A program made the position numbers and the translations under genes. The notes under the pieces were generated by a model. It made no database searches, had not been told where the DNA came from, and saw only the letters and a program-made list of their open reading frames with translations. DNA of 64,000 nucleotides from Octopus sinensis (taxonomy: Eukaryota), in contig NC_043000.1 of the NCBI RefSeq assembly GCF_006345805.1, forward strand, positions 151,032,001 to 151,096,000, given 5' to 3'. Each line of letters starts with the position of its first letter. The stretch's first letter is position 1. Shown one piece after another: positions 38,868 to 52,582 of the stretch.

Positions 38868-39293
38868 GGATCTTTTCGGTTTGAACGGCAGTTTTTTCAA
38901 GCGGTGTCATGAAATTGTCACCTATAATTATGACCCTAGTATCGATCTATTGCATTTCAATCTGTTTTAGGGTTAGGGTTAGGGCTAGGGTTAGGGGTGG
39001 GGAGAAGGGTATCTTTTTTTCTTCACAAATGTAAATAAACCCAATCTGTTTCTTAAACGAGGGACGTATTCATTCGGCACAGAATGTTTTTTTACCTCAA
39101 TATGCGTCAGTGATTGGTTGAAATTGCAGAAATTGAAGAAAAAACAACAAATATCTTACAAACTATAGAATTTTCTCAATAAAGCCAAGAGAAAAAGATG
39201 TTTTATAAACACATTCTACCAGTATACGAAGTTTAAAATTTTTTAGTTACCTAGAAATTATATTAAAAACTGCCGTTCAAACCGAAAAGATCC
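38868..39293. mobile_element. Same MITE, copy 2
   Basis: Same TIR; TSD GAGAAATG at 38860-38867 and 39294-39301; longer internal TTAGGG run. Confidence 0.93.
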
Positions 39294-40260
39294 GAGAAAT
39301 GTGACTAAATATTGTGAAAAATTTAATCCAATAATCTAAATTTACTGTTACCTAATCGTTGTAGACACACCTTCGACTATTAAGAAAAATGAAATCAACA
39401 TTTCTTCTGGTTAGGTGACCATACAGTTTTCTTTAGGAAGAGTAGTAAAGTTTATTGCATCGACTCAGTTACCTGACAGGTAATGATTTCGATGAGGAGC
39501 GAAGTCAGTTCCGGTGGAATTTGAACTTAAATTTACAGGGACGTAATTAACCAATATCAAAACACTCCGGTGGTCTACCGCTTGTGCCACTCCAGCGTTT
39601 TCGTCTTAGTAATAATATGAACAGCAGCAGTAGCAACAACAACAACAAGAAGATAAATATTAAATATCAATAACAATAAAAACAACATTAACAAAAAGAC
39701 AAAAAACAAACGAAAAGCAAAAGCCAAAAATGAAAACTTGAAGAGATAAACCGAAGTTGGGAACTGGTGGTGAAGGTTGGTTGGAAAGAGGATATTATAA
39801 TTTGTCTCCACTTTCTAGACTAATTATCACGCCTATAAATGTCTTTTAATGACATAATTATGATTGAGTATTTGTTCAGCAATTTAATAGAGCAATAGTG
39901 ACACCATTTCCAGCGCCCAGCTTCCTTTGTCCCTGGCGCTGTTTGGTTTCAAAATATCATTCACACCTAAAGCTTTTTTTTCTCTTATAAGAAAGACAGT
40001 ATTGAAATATTATTATTATTATTATTATTATCGTTTTTTTTTGTATCTGCATGTATATGTGTTTATGTATGTATGTGTATGTATGTGTTTATGTATGTAT
40101 GAATGAATGAATGTATGTGTACGTTCGTACGTATGTATTCGGTCACCCATTGATTCCTTATTTATTTACCTCTTTTTTTTTTCCCTATGTTTCTTTTTGA
40201 CTTTCATTCAGATTACTTTTCCCGATTCAATGCTATCCTTTAAAACCATAAAGAAAAAAG

Positions 40261-40305
40261 TGTGTGTGTGTGTGAGAGGGAGAGAGAGAGCGAGAGAGCG
40301 AGAGC

Positions 40306-40340
<35 letters not shown>

Positions 40341-40444
40341 CGAGAGATAGCGAGCGAGAGCGAGAGAGAGAGAGAGAGAGAGCGAGAGAGTGAGAGAGAG
40401 AGAGCGAGAGAGAGCGAAAGAGAGAGAGAGAGAGAGAGAGAGAG
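40261..40444. repeat. (GT)n/(GA)n/(GAGC)n microsatellite
   Basis: Directly visible. Confidence 0.95.
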
Positions 40445-40689
40445 CTCTTTCTGCAAATAGTTAGTTGCCTTATAACTTTTGTAGAGTGTTCGTTGAAATC
40501 TGAGCCAAAGTTTATTTTCCTTCCTTTTTTTCCTATCTTATTGTTTGACTTACTAAGACTGCGATCACATCAGTTTTAGTCGCGTCAGGTCATCAGCCAA
40601 CTTAATGCATTCCCTCAGAGATAATGGCACCATTTAGATAGTTAGATATTTAAATATTTAGTTATAAGCTCACTATGATGGTTTAACTA

Positions 40690-41071
40690 GGAGGCGCAAT
40701 GGCCCAGTGGTTAGGGCAGCGGACTCGCGGTCATAGGATCGCGGTTTCGATTCGCAGACCGGGCGTTGTGAGTGTTTATTGAGCGAAAACACCTAAAAGC
40801 TCCACGAGGCTCCAGCAGGGGATGGTGGTGATCCCTGCTGTACTCTTTCACCACAACTTTCTCTCACTCTTACTTCCTGTTTCTGTTGTACCTGTATTTC
40901 AAAGGGCCGGCCTTGTCACTCTCTGTGTCACGCTGAATATCCCCGAGAACTACGTTAAGGGTACACGTGTCTGTGGAGTACTCAGCCACTTACACGTTAA
41001 TTTCACGAGCAGGCTGTTCCGTTAATCGGATCAACCGGAACCCTCGTCGTCGTAACCGACGGAGTGCTTCC
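40690..41071 (+). mobile_element. SINE head B with tail type 1, young copy
   Basis: TSD ATGATGGTTTAACT at 40675-40688 and 41072-41085. Confidence 0.93.
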
Positions 41072-41310
41072 ATGATGGTTTAACTCTTCCTTGTGTTTCT
41101 TATGCATGTATGACATATTGTAAAAATATTTGAATGCATGAAATGAGTTGCAAGTATGATTATAGTCCAGTGGACTTAACTCATCTTTCGAGTATATATA
41201 TATATATATAATGTACTGATCCGTTATAGAAAATTCAACAAAAAAAGGTACTCCATCTGGTGAGAGGTAAATATTATATATTTAAAGGTCACAATGCATG
41301 TTTTAAAGCG

Positions 41311-41359
41311 CAACTAATAGTTTCATATACTGAGAAAACTCAAGCATATTCTTCAGTTA
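41311..41359 (-). ncRNA. Hammerhead-like motif
   Basis: CTGAAGA-ATATGC(T)TGAG[TTTT]CTCAGTATAT-GAAAC; long stem II, ambiguous stems I and III. Confidence 0.5.
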
Positions 41360-41463
41360 TGATATGCGGTTTGCGTCTGTAGAATATGTTTAAGTTCTCT
41401 CAACATATGAAACTATTAGTAGCGCTTTAGTATATGTATTGTGACCTTTAAATAAATAATATA

Positions 41464-41980
<517 letters not shown>

Positions 41981-42241
41981 ACTATATACATATACATACA
42001 CATACACATATATGATGGACGATCCCATCGAGGACGGCGTATGAAAATTCAGCTTTTGCTGGACCACTCTCTCCATCACATCAACGTTGCTTGAACAAAT
42101 GCACTGTGTACCACGCATCAACCTAGCTTAGGAATTGAAACCACGATCTCGCGATCCCGAGAGCAACACCTTAACCACTTCGCCATGCGTTTCGATACGT
42201 TGAGTTTATATCGTTACCAAGTGTATATGCATTAGTGGAGT

Positions 42242-42622
42242 GGAGGCGCAATGGCCCAGTGGTTAGGGCAGCGGACTCGCGGTCATAGGATCGCGGTTTC
42301 GATTTCCAGTCCGGGCGTTGTGAGTGTTTATTGAGCGAAAACACCTAAAGCTCCACGAGGCTCCTGCAGGGGATGGTGGTGATCCCTGCTGTACTCTTTC
42401 ACCACAACTTTCTCTCACTCTTACTTCCTGTTTCTGTTGTACCTGTATTTCAAAGGGCCGGCCTTGTCACTCTCTGTGTCACGCTGAATATCCCCGAGAA
42501 CTACGTTAAGGGTACACGTGTCTGTGGAGTGCTCAGCCACTTACACGTTAATTTCACGAGCAGGCTGTTCCGTTGATCGGATCAACCGGAACCCTCGTCG
42601 TCGTAACCGACGGAGTGCTTCC
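42242..42622 (+). mobile_element. SINE head B with tail type 1, young copy
   Basis: Near-identical to 40690; TSD ATGCATTAGTGGA at 42227-42239 and 42623-42635. Confidence 0.93.
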
Positions 42623-42689
42623 ATGCATTAGTGGAAAATGGAAAAGACCGCTGGAACTTAATCTGAGCCTATGTCCACCATTCATTACA

Positions 42690-43870
42690 GGGTGGGGTGG
42701 GTAGTCTGAGGCTCCTGTGTGTTTGCCATAGTTTTTTTTATCAGACTGGGCATGGAGAGGGTTGGTATCTGTCGGGAGTGGTTGGGATAAAGTGGGTGTG
42801 GGTGAGGGCCTGGTGAGGGCCGGGTGAGTGTGGGTTGGGGGCCATCTTTTACCTTGTGTATCTTTTTCCTCTTCCTGCTCTTTTTCTCCACTATTTCCCA
42901 ACTGGTGTTTGAGCCTTCCCCCTTCTCGACACTGCTGCCTGTCTTCTTCTGTGGTTCACCTCACTTATTTCTTCCTCCACAGGCAGTGTAACATCAACCA
43001 CTATTTCCTCCTGTCTCTCTTTGTTCTTTTCTAGTGGTGGAGGACACTCCACTCTAATGTGGCCTTTCAGGCCACATTTAAAACATCACAGAATCCTCCC
43101 TTCCACTCTGACCTTTAAAGTCAACTCTCCCACTGTGATACTTTCGACTATTTTTTCCAAGTCCACCTCCACGACCTGTACCACCATTTCAAGCGTTTGT
43201 CTCTTCCAATGCTTGTGGAGCGTTCTGGTGTTCTGCAGAACCACCACCTTCTGTTCCATTCCCAGTAGTATGGCAGCCAATAGCCAGGCCACATTCACTT
43301 CTGGTGGTATATCTACCACCCGAATCCTGGAAGTACGTCTCCCAAGGTACACGAGTAGAGGTACCACCTTATTTGCCTTCAGCGGTGGGGCCGAATACAA
43401 TCTGGCTGTTACTATCTCCTTAAACTGCACCTACACCGTTCCATATTTTCGACCCCTGGCAAGGTATGCTATCTCCTGCCAGACTGACTTCACTGCCTTT
43501 TCCACCTGTGCTTTTGACACCACTTCAATTTTCCTTGTTGCTGTGGCGTAAGGTCTGTACACAATTGTTTTTCCCTCCTTGTCCTTTAATACTTTTGTTT
43601 TTTGGGGGGACACACACCTTCACCTCGTTCTCCTCCCTTGAACTCACTCTAATCTTCCAGGTTCATTTCTTCAACTTTTTCTCTAGCTGCTGCTGCATAA
43701 TTCCTCTTCTCCATTTCCTTGTCCATCTTGATTCCTCCTCAGACGAATCATATTCTAGGGAAGAATACTTCAACTTGTCCCAACTTCTCGCGCGACGCCC
43801 CTCCATCAAGAAGCTAAACGTCACTCCACTAGGATAGCAAACAAAAAAAAAACACGTGTGTACGAAACAT
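42690..43870 (-). pseudogene. Decayed gag/ORF1-like protein with a CCHC zinc knuckle (L1/Tx1-type ORF1)
   Basis: ORFs 43613-43431 and 43430-43086 are in one frame across stops and continue as CFKCGLKGHIRVEC (43085-43044; CX2CX4HX4C). Confidence 0.8.
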
Positions 43871-44050
43871 ATCCAACAATGCAACTGAACAACCATAAAC
43901 CGGAAGTCATGTACTTTCTAGCTTCTCTTTTCTTTATTTGGCCATAACACAGTGGCCATAACACAGTGGCGACAAAAAACATAAAACGAATGAAAATGAT
44001 GTTATATAATGAAAAGGAAATGGCTGCATGGGCCCAAGGCTACGCTTATC

Positions 44051-44085
<35 letters not shown>

Positions 44086-45989
44086 TAAGTCGATTACTTT
44101 TATTTATCGGCCTCTGAAAGGCAAAGTCAACCTCGGTGGAACTGGAACTCAGGACGTAAAGATGGACAAAATGCCGTTAAGAATGTTACCCGGTGTGCTG
44201 AGGATTCTGCCAGCTCACCGCCTTCATACACATATCTACATCTGTTTGAGTGTGTAATATATATGTATATATTAATAGGTATGATTATAGATTGTTATTC
44301 TGTACATCATTATAACCTTGATGAATGAGCTTAGTATTTTTTGCCTTGCATAAAACTGTAGATGTCACCAGCTGTGAGTTTAAACATTGAAATGTGCTTC
44401 TTTCAAAGAAAACAAAAATGTGGGCACGATTAAGAATTGTGTGAATATTACCCTGAGATACACACAATTAGATATTGTAAACCCATCAATTAATAACCAT
44501 GAACATATTGCTTCAAATAACAATATTTCTATATTGTTAGAGGGGGAAGTGTGGTAGAGACGGTAGCACGTTTAATTAAATTACTTTCAGCATATAGCTC
44601 ATTAATTTCACATTTGTGGTTCAATTGTGTGGAGGACTATTTCGCCTTTTGTTTTTCAACACCGTGGTCGATAAAAATAAGGGAATAAGTAGTAGTCACT
44701 GCAAGGGCCAAAGTTAATCAATTATACGCTGCTTCCTTCAGATTTGTGACCTCGCGCCAATGTGAGAAAATCAACATATTTATATTATTGATTCACCATC
44801 TACAACAGTCAAAGTAAATATATCTTCTTTGAAGTCACTAGAAATTCGACAAGAAAATAAATAAGATCTGACCTTCTATATCTGAAGCCATACTTATCTT
44901 GATCAAGTAAAATACTTCAAAATAAAATATACGAGAACAAAGCTAAATCTATGCTTTACAAATGAAATTTTAATGATAATTTTCCTCACCATGCAGTTGA
45001 ATCACTGCAATCTGCATTTGTTATTTAGCATCTATTTAGAAGCCTTACACCTCACATCGGATATAACTTCATCTATATTATCAGAAGTCATAATCATCAT
45101 AGATTTTTTTTAAACATCAAAGCTTTGAACTTTAAATAAAATATTACTCAATTTCAACGTAGATATTCGTATTGAATATTTATTTTATTAAAAAATAGGA
45201 CGCTATTGAACTCACTGAAGTCAATTGAAGTGCAAGGCAACAACGAGCAATATATGATAAAATATTTAAATCTTCTTTATTTAACTAGCTCGACGTTGGA
45301 ATATTGTTTTTATTTTATCATATGAATTCAGTTACTGAAGACATTTTACTGAGATGTTCAGAAAGGTTAGGTTTGTGTTACCATGTTTATAGATTTCAAC
45401 ATGGATGATGACTTTCAAAAGTTCAGTGAATTCTTCCTTCTAAGAAGGTTCATAGATTAAGAAAGAAAGAATAAACAGGTATTTGGTATGGTATAGCCAT
45501 ATTGAGATGGCTAATATACTATAATAAACAGGTAGTTTTATATAATACAAGGCCCTCATTAAGGCTGCTGTTTGGTGCTGTTGATAAGATTACTGGCATT
45601 GATATTCATTCTTTTCATGCATCCCGCTCTTCGGTTAGAATCATGCCGAAGCTAAAAATTAATTGCATCGGTAACACAGGCAATTATCGACTCCTGCTTT
45701 GAACGAGATATTTGTCTCTTTTATTTAATGTGAAAATAAACTTGACTCAGCTTGGCTCAGGATGAGCATAATACATTTCACACATCTAAAGATTAAAGTG
45801 ATAAAATATCGTTGGCAAATAAAAACTGGAGCTCTAGTGATGCGCTCACAATGTATCACTTCACAAATTCAATTCAAAAAGCTCAGAAATTTACTTAACT
45901 ATTTCAGCATCATCTTGTAAAGTTTTAGAAAGTAAAATGGAAAACACATGCATACGATGTTTGACCTTGTTGGACAAATGAATAAGGTC

Positions 45990-46960
45990 CAAAATTGTTT
46001 CTATGTTATCGGGCTTCACATGGAGTAGAATCTCTAGGCTTATCCCGAACTTTTTCTCTCTTCTGCATCATTTGATCTATAGGAGTGTCTAAGGGTCCTT
46101 TAAGACAACGCAGGCCATGATCTACAAGATGTTCACACCAGGCACAACACTCGATATCCTTAGCCTGAGAGTTCTTATGAGGTACATCGAATACATAATA
46201 CACTCCTCACTCCAATGGGATGTCACACAGAGGTCCTCTTGAAAAGTAAGATGCGAGTCTTTACTTTGAAGAGAATCTCGATACTAGCAAACTGCCTTTC
46301 TCTTTGTACGTGAGCCACATCTTTTACAATATCCCCCAGAGCTTTTTCCACTTGACTGATTGTAGCCAGTTCGTCTCACTTGCTCCTTAGCGAAACACAT
46401 CTGTAATGGACTGGGGTTTTTTTGCTCGTTCTGCCATGATTTCAGGAAGCACTACTAATACTATAGCTTACGAGCTGGCAGCAACGTTAGCACACCGGGC
46501 GAAATGCGTTGCCGTATTTCGTCTGCAGTTACGTTCTGAGTTCAAATTGCGCCGAGGTCGACTTTGCCTTTCATCCTTTCGGTGTCGATAAATTAAGTAC
46601 CAGTTACGCTCTGGGGTCGATGTAATCGACTTAATCCCTTTGTCTGTCCTTGTTTGTCTCCTCTGTGTTTAGCCCCTTGTTGGTAACAAAGAAATATATA
46701 GCTTACCCCACTTCAAATTTAATAATCGAGGTGGGGTATGGTGGAGTGGGGTGATGTTGCTTGCTGAGGATTTTTTCCTGCGATACTGACAGCTTCTAGT
46801 AGTCCGACGTGTTGTTGCTGTTGTTGATGCTGTTGCTGCTGCAACTGTTCTCTCCGTTCAGCTCATAGGAATTTAGTGGAGTGAGTGATGAAAGAGGAGG
46901 AAAGTCTTCAGTTGTTGGAGTGTTGGGAAAAACGGTTCTCCACCTCGATGCTCCCATACT
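45990..46960 (-). pseudogene. Second, diverged gag/ORF1-like remnant
   Basis: KKTPVHYRCVSLRSK*DELATISQVEKALGDIVKDVAHVQRERQFASIEILFK aligns with KTIVYRPYATATRKIEVVSKAQVEKAVKSVWQEIAYLARGRKYGTV*VQFK of the 43.5-kb element. Confidence 0.6.
46471..46696 (+). mobile_element. SINE family C
   Basis: Core match; TSD TATAGCTTAC on both sides. Confidence 0.9.
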
Positions 46961-47948
46961 AGAACTTACTGACGCCATCTTGTATAAGGATTTTTTTAAC
47001 GCTAGCAGAGCGTGTCTTGGAAAGCAAAATATTACAGGGCAAAATAACCACACAGCACTATTCAAAAGATTCCTGGTGCTCTTAATAACAAGTATAACAA
47101 AAATTTTATACAGAAAACGATACGAAACGGATGAAAACAATGATTTTTAACAAGATTTAGGCAGCGTGTTTGAAGATACGATTGACGTATTTCGCATCAA
47201 CAACAACAATAATATCGATGATTTCAAATTTTGGCTCAAGGCCAGCAATTTCGGGGGAGTGGTTAAGTCAATGACATTGGTCCCAGAGTTCAACTGTACA
47301 TATTTTATTGACACTGAAAAAACGAAAGGCAAAGTTGAACGCGGCGGAGTGTTTGAACCCAGAACATAAAGACGGACAAGATGCCCGGCGTGCTTAAACT
47401 GCCTGAACAACAACAACAACAACAAGGGAATTTGAAATCAGTGTCAATTGAAAATTCTTGTGCATTGTAACATAGTATGATTTCCCCTAGGTGCTGTACT
47501 CTATATTTTTTTTAGATTATAAGACTTGAGAGGGTGTCAATTGTTGTTGGAACCAAATTAGAAAGAGAGTGTTCATCATTCTTTCAGCTCTCCATGACGA
47601 GCAGAGAGGGAACAGGGAACATTTCCTAATCTTGGTAAGGTTAACAGAAGCACATCTCTAAGGTGATGAAATTTAAAAATAAAATGTTGTTTAACCACAG
47701 GTAAAACCTGATCAATCAAAACTACGATCAAGGACATTCCTGTTATGATGATACGTCTTTTTCTCCAGATATATTGTGTTTCAAACAATATCATTCAATG
47801 TATCTTTTATATTTTTTAAGACGGTAGGGTGTGATTTGAGGGATACAGCTTCTATTTCAAGTGTGGTAAGATGAGACTCCGTGATGGCCTACAAAGGAAA
47901 ATATTGTTTAGCATGGTGCTTCACTACTATAAGTTAGGATAGAAAATA

Positions 47949-48180
47949 TATTTCTTTACTGTCCACAAGCGGCTAAACATAGAGGGGACAAACAAGGACA
48001 GACGAAGGGATTAAGTCGATTACATCGACCCCAGTGCCTAACTGATACTTATTTTAATCGACCCCGAAAGGATGGAAGACAAAATCGACCTCGGCGGAAT
48101 TTGAACTCAGAACGTAACGACAGACTAAATACGGCTACGCATTTCGCCCGGCGTGCTAACGTTTCTGCTAGCTCGCCGCC
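47949..48180 (-). mobile_element. SINE family C
   Basis: TSD GTTAGGATAGAAAATA at 47933-47948 and 48192-48207. Confidence 0.9.
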
Positions 48181-48980
48181 TTTTCTATCCTGTTAGGATA
48201 GAAAATAGAAGAACCCTTTGATCTAACGGTTATTGTAAGATACGTTTAACGACTTAGAGAATTTCTTTTCTATAAATCCTTTCAAAATATCACAGCAACA
48301 CAATGGAGTTTTTCTAACAGAAGTACAAAAAATTACAGAGGCTGGTAAAATAGGTATTTATATCATTTCTTAACTCCAAAATGAACCGTTGGCTATACGA
48401 GCTAACGTGGATGCAGCTACGCAGTGGCTTGACTTGCTGCAAATAGGAGTAAAATGTTCTTCGAATCTGACCCAACTTATTGCATTACAAAATGTAGGAC
48501 ATACTAGATAATATGGTCGTATATACACAGTCCGAATAAATAAATAAAAAAATGACATGGTCAAGGCTGGAACGCCTTTTATCATAAATCAGCTTCATTC
48601 ATGTTGAACTGGGGGGTTACCAAATAACCATGGCAACCGATAGCTATTTCTATGGAACAGTTTTAATTGGGTATCAAAAGACTGCGGACTCGGTTTGTGG
48701 AGAAATATATAAATATTAATTTCTTACATTAGCATGAAGCCATAGATTTATGCTGGATCGGTATAATCGATTAAGTCGGTATAATCGATTTAGAGGCTGG
48801 TACCTATTTCATCTACCTCAGAAGGATGAAAGGAAAAGAGAGAATTCTATTCATGAAAATGTTAATGGAATAATGTCGTAAATTTGAAGAATTACTTTGT
48901 ACTTTACGATAGAAACTGGATCAACCAGCGCCAAACGTAGATGCTTTATCAATGAAACAGGGAAGTAAACGGTAATGTCA

Positions 48981-49023
48981 TGTGTATGTGTGTGAGTGTG
49001 TGTGTGTGTGTGTGTGTGTTTGT

Positions 49024-49064
<41 letters not shown>

Positions 49065-49121
49065 TGTTTGTGTTTGTGTGTGTGTGTTGTGTGTGTTGTG
49101 TGTGTTGTGTGTGTGTGTGTT

Positions 49122-49204
<83 letters not shown>
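48981..49204. repeat. (GT)n microsatellite, ~220 bp
   Basis: Directly visible. Confidence 0.97.
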
Positions 49205-49206
<2 letters not shown>

Positions 49207-49209
49207 CTC

Positions 49210-49533
49210 TATTTCGTCCGTCTTTACGTTCTGAGTTCAAATTTCGCCGAAGTCGACTTTGCCTTTCATCCTTTCGGGGTTCAATAAAATAAGTACCAGT
49301 TGTGCACTGGGGTCAATGTAATTGACTTAGCTTTCTCCACTTGACTGATTGTAGCCAGTTCGTCTCACTTGCTCCTTAGTAAAACAAATCTGTAATGGAC
49401 TGGTTTCTTTTTTTTTTTGCCCGTTCTGCCATGATTTCAGGAAGCACTACTAATACTGTAGCTTACCCCACTTCAAATTTAATAATCGAGGTGGGGTATG
49501 GTGTCTGACCTTGTGCCAAAATGTGAAACCAAT
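49210..49533 (+). mobile_element. SINE C interrupted by a ~175-bp copy of the 46.3-46.7 kb locus
   Basis: SINE core 49210-49329, insert 49330-49503, SINE tail CCTTGTGCCAAAATGTGAAACC resumes at ~49509. Confidence 0.85.
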
Positions 49534-50163
49534 ATATGTCTCTTAGTCGACATTACAGTGTGGATTAAAGAAAATTTAAAGTGTTATTACCGCAGGCCAA
49601 GCGACCGGTAGAGGCACCTCTCTGATAGTGTAAGGATTTAGGATAATATGATACACAATAATGTCACGTGTATTACGACATTAGTGCGTGATATAATAGG
49701 AAGTGATTTCGTTTAAAGTATGTTTATGAATGGGAGGAGTTTCTGGTAGATGTTGAATAATTTATTTCCAAAACGGTGTGATATAATAAAGCATGTCATT
49801 GTAGCTTCTATATATGAGTGCATGTCTAGAAAAGCGTGCGTGCGTTTGCATGCGTGCATGTATTGAAATGAAATAGAAATGAAATCTCTAGATTTGATTT
49901 ACCTCAAAATATTTGGTTACCTCGTTAAATGCTCCATGAATAAATTTCTATATGAGATGTGATGATCGACGAACCCTTTAAGCACACAAAGAAGTATATG
50001 ACTGCCAATGGCTATATTTTCTATTTACTGTGGAATATAAATTAGAGTAGGATTTTCGAATGACATCTGTTCGTATCCAATTCAGAATATTATTTTAAAG
50101 CCGCCATGTTTTCTTGTGTCATGAATAAATCGAATAAATCGATAATGAAAGTGAGATTTACTT

Positions 50164-50565
50164 AGGAGAAAAAAGAGCAGAATGACAGGAGAGAGACAGG
50201 GGAGGGGGAGGGAGAGAGAAAAAGTGACGGAAAGATAGAGAGAAAAGGGAAGGAGAGAGAAAGAAAAGGGAGAGAGATAGAGAAAAGGGAGTGGAGAGAG
50301 AAAAAAGGGAGAGAAAGAGAGAAAAAGTGAGGGAGAGAGAGAAAGGGAGAGATAGAGAAAAAAGGGGAAGGAGAGAGAGAAAGGGGGGTAGATAGAGAAA
50401 AGAGGGAGATAGAGAAAAGGGGGGAAATAGAGAAAAGGGAGTGGAGAGAAAAAAGGGATAGAAAGAGAGACAAAGGGGAGAGAGAGAAGAAAGGGGTGAG
50501 AATGAGAGAGAAAGGAAAGGAGCGAGAAGGAAAGGGAGATTGAAAGAGGGAGAGACGGAGGGAGC
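50164..50565. repeat. Polypurine (GA-rich) low-complexity tract
   Basis: About 400 bp almost entirely A/G. Confidence 0.92.
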
Positions 50566-51446
50566 AGTTTAGTTCTTATATACTCAAAGAACTGGAAATT
50601 CTACATTCATAGTTATGACTTTTTACGAAGAAGTGTATCTTATTCCAATTCCATTAATTATTCTTTCTCTCTATGAATTATATCGTGTTTTTGTAAATCC
50701 AAATCCTACGTTAAATTCCATTGTTGAAGCCAAGTAGTGCAGAACGCAATAAAAATTGGTCGCATTTGTTTGCTTCCTGAATTGTTCCCAACCATTTGAA
50801 CTGTCCATTAGCTCAGAAAGATCCCTCCCTTTGCTCGCTTTTGTGACAAAAGGTCAAAATAGGCCACCAGTCATTAGGGAAAAGGGAAAAGCTTAGCTGA
50901 CAGATTGATGGAAACAGACGTGGATATTCCTATGAAAAAACAAGGAAACATACGACCAATGAATATATAATTTTATTGTCATTTTATCCGAAAGGGGGAA
51001 CATTTGTAAATTAATTTTGCGAATTGTACCGATTTTGACTGTTCTTGTATTGCTTTCTTCTTACCTGTGGCTGATCTCCACAAATTATTTTGGCTGTTAG
51101 CGTAAGTTTCCCTACCGCATTATATATACAAGCAAGATATTCCACTCTGGCAGATGGATGAAATTGAGAGAGGAATAGAAAATATAAACACATCTCAGAT
51201 GGTCGCATTTTGCCATTCAAAACTTTTGCATATCTAATTATTTTACGAAAAGACAACAAACCACCAGATAAAATATACATATGTAGATAAATAAAAAGAG
51301 CTATGACATATTCATACCACGAGTTTGCTATTGTTGTTTGTTGATGCTTTGAATAAGAAATGTTTCCAGAACATTTCTTATTCAAAAATATTGATAAAAT
51401 AAATCAGGAGAACTAGGAGAACGAAAAATGTAATTCAATAATAAAT

Positions 51447-51449
<3 letters not shown>

Positions 51450-51532
<83 letters not shown>

Positions 51533-51533
51533 T

Positions 51534-51564
<31 letters not shown>

Positions 51565-51963
51565 GTATATATCTATATTTATATATATATATATATATAT
51601 ATGAACATATATATTAATATATACTGATATATATTTGTACATATATACATACGTATGTATATATATATTAATATGTGAATACGCGTGAGTGCGTGTGTGT
51701 GTGTATGTATGCGTGTATGAATATATATATTCATACACAGTTACAGAACGTACATATACATATATGCACAAACAAACCTTCACACACCTGTCCGCACACA
51801 TTCACTCATCCATTCCCATATACTTATACGTGTGTGCGCGCGCGTGAGTGCGTGTACGTATGACGTATGCATGGTAGTATCTGGGGGTAAATTTTGTAAT
51901 TATTTTCTCATTTATGTATAATCTATTATCATTTAGATCATTTATATATATATGTATATATAT

Positions 51964-51994
<31 letters not shown>

Positions 51995-52081
51995 TATAAT
52001 ATATTATATATATATATATGTATGTATATATATATGTATGTATATATATATATATATATATGTATGTATATATATATATGT

Positions 52082-52128
<47 letters not shown>

Positions 52129-52141
52129 ATATATATGTATG

Positions 52142-52177
<36 letters not shown>

Positions 52178-52238
52178 ATATAAAATCTTTTACACACACG
52201 CATACACATATATGTTTATATAAAATGTATATATATGT

Positions 52239-52280
<42 letters not shown>

Positions 52281-52340
52281 AATATATGTATACATAATCT
52301 TTTACACACATATATGTTATATATAAACGTATATATATGT

Positions 52341-52372
<32 letters not shown>

Positions 52373-52378
52373 TGTATG

Positions 52379-52463
<85 letters not shown>

Positions 52464-52510
52464 GTGTGTATGTATATATTATACATACACACACACACAC
52501 ACGCACATAT

Positions 52511-52553
<43 letters not shown>

Positions 52554-52582
52554 TAATATATATAATATATATAATATATATA
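51450..52582. repeat. Long (TA)n/(TATG)n tracts
   Basis: Directly visible. Confidence 0.93.

Noticed and set aside
40690-40765. tRNA gene calls for SINE heads
   Set aside because: A and B boxes are present, but there is no complete cloverleaf and the heads continue into SINE bodies with TSDs.
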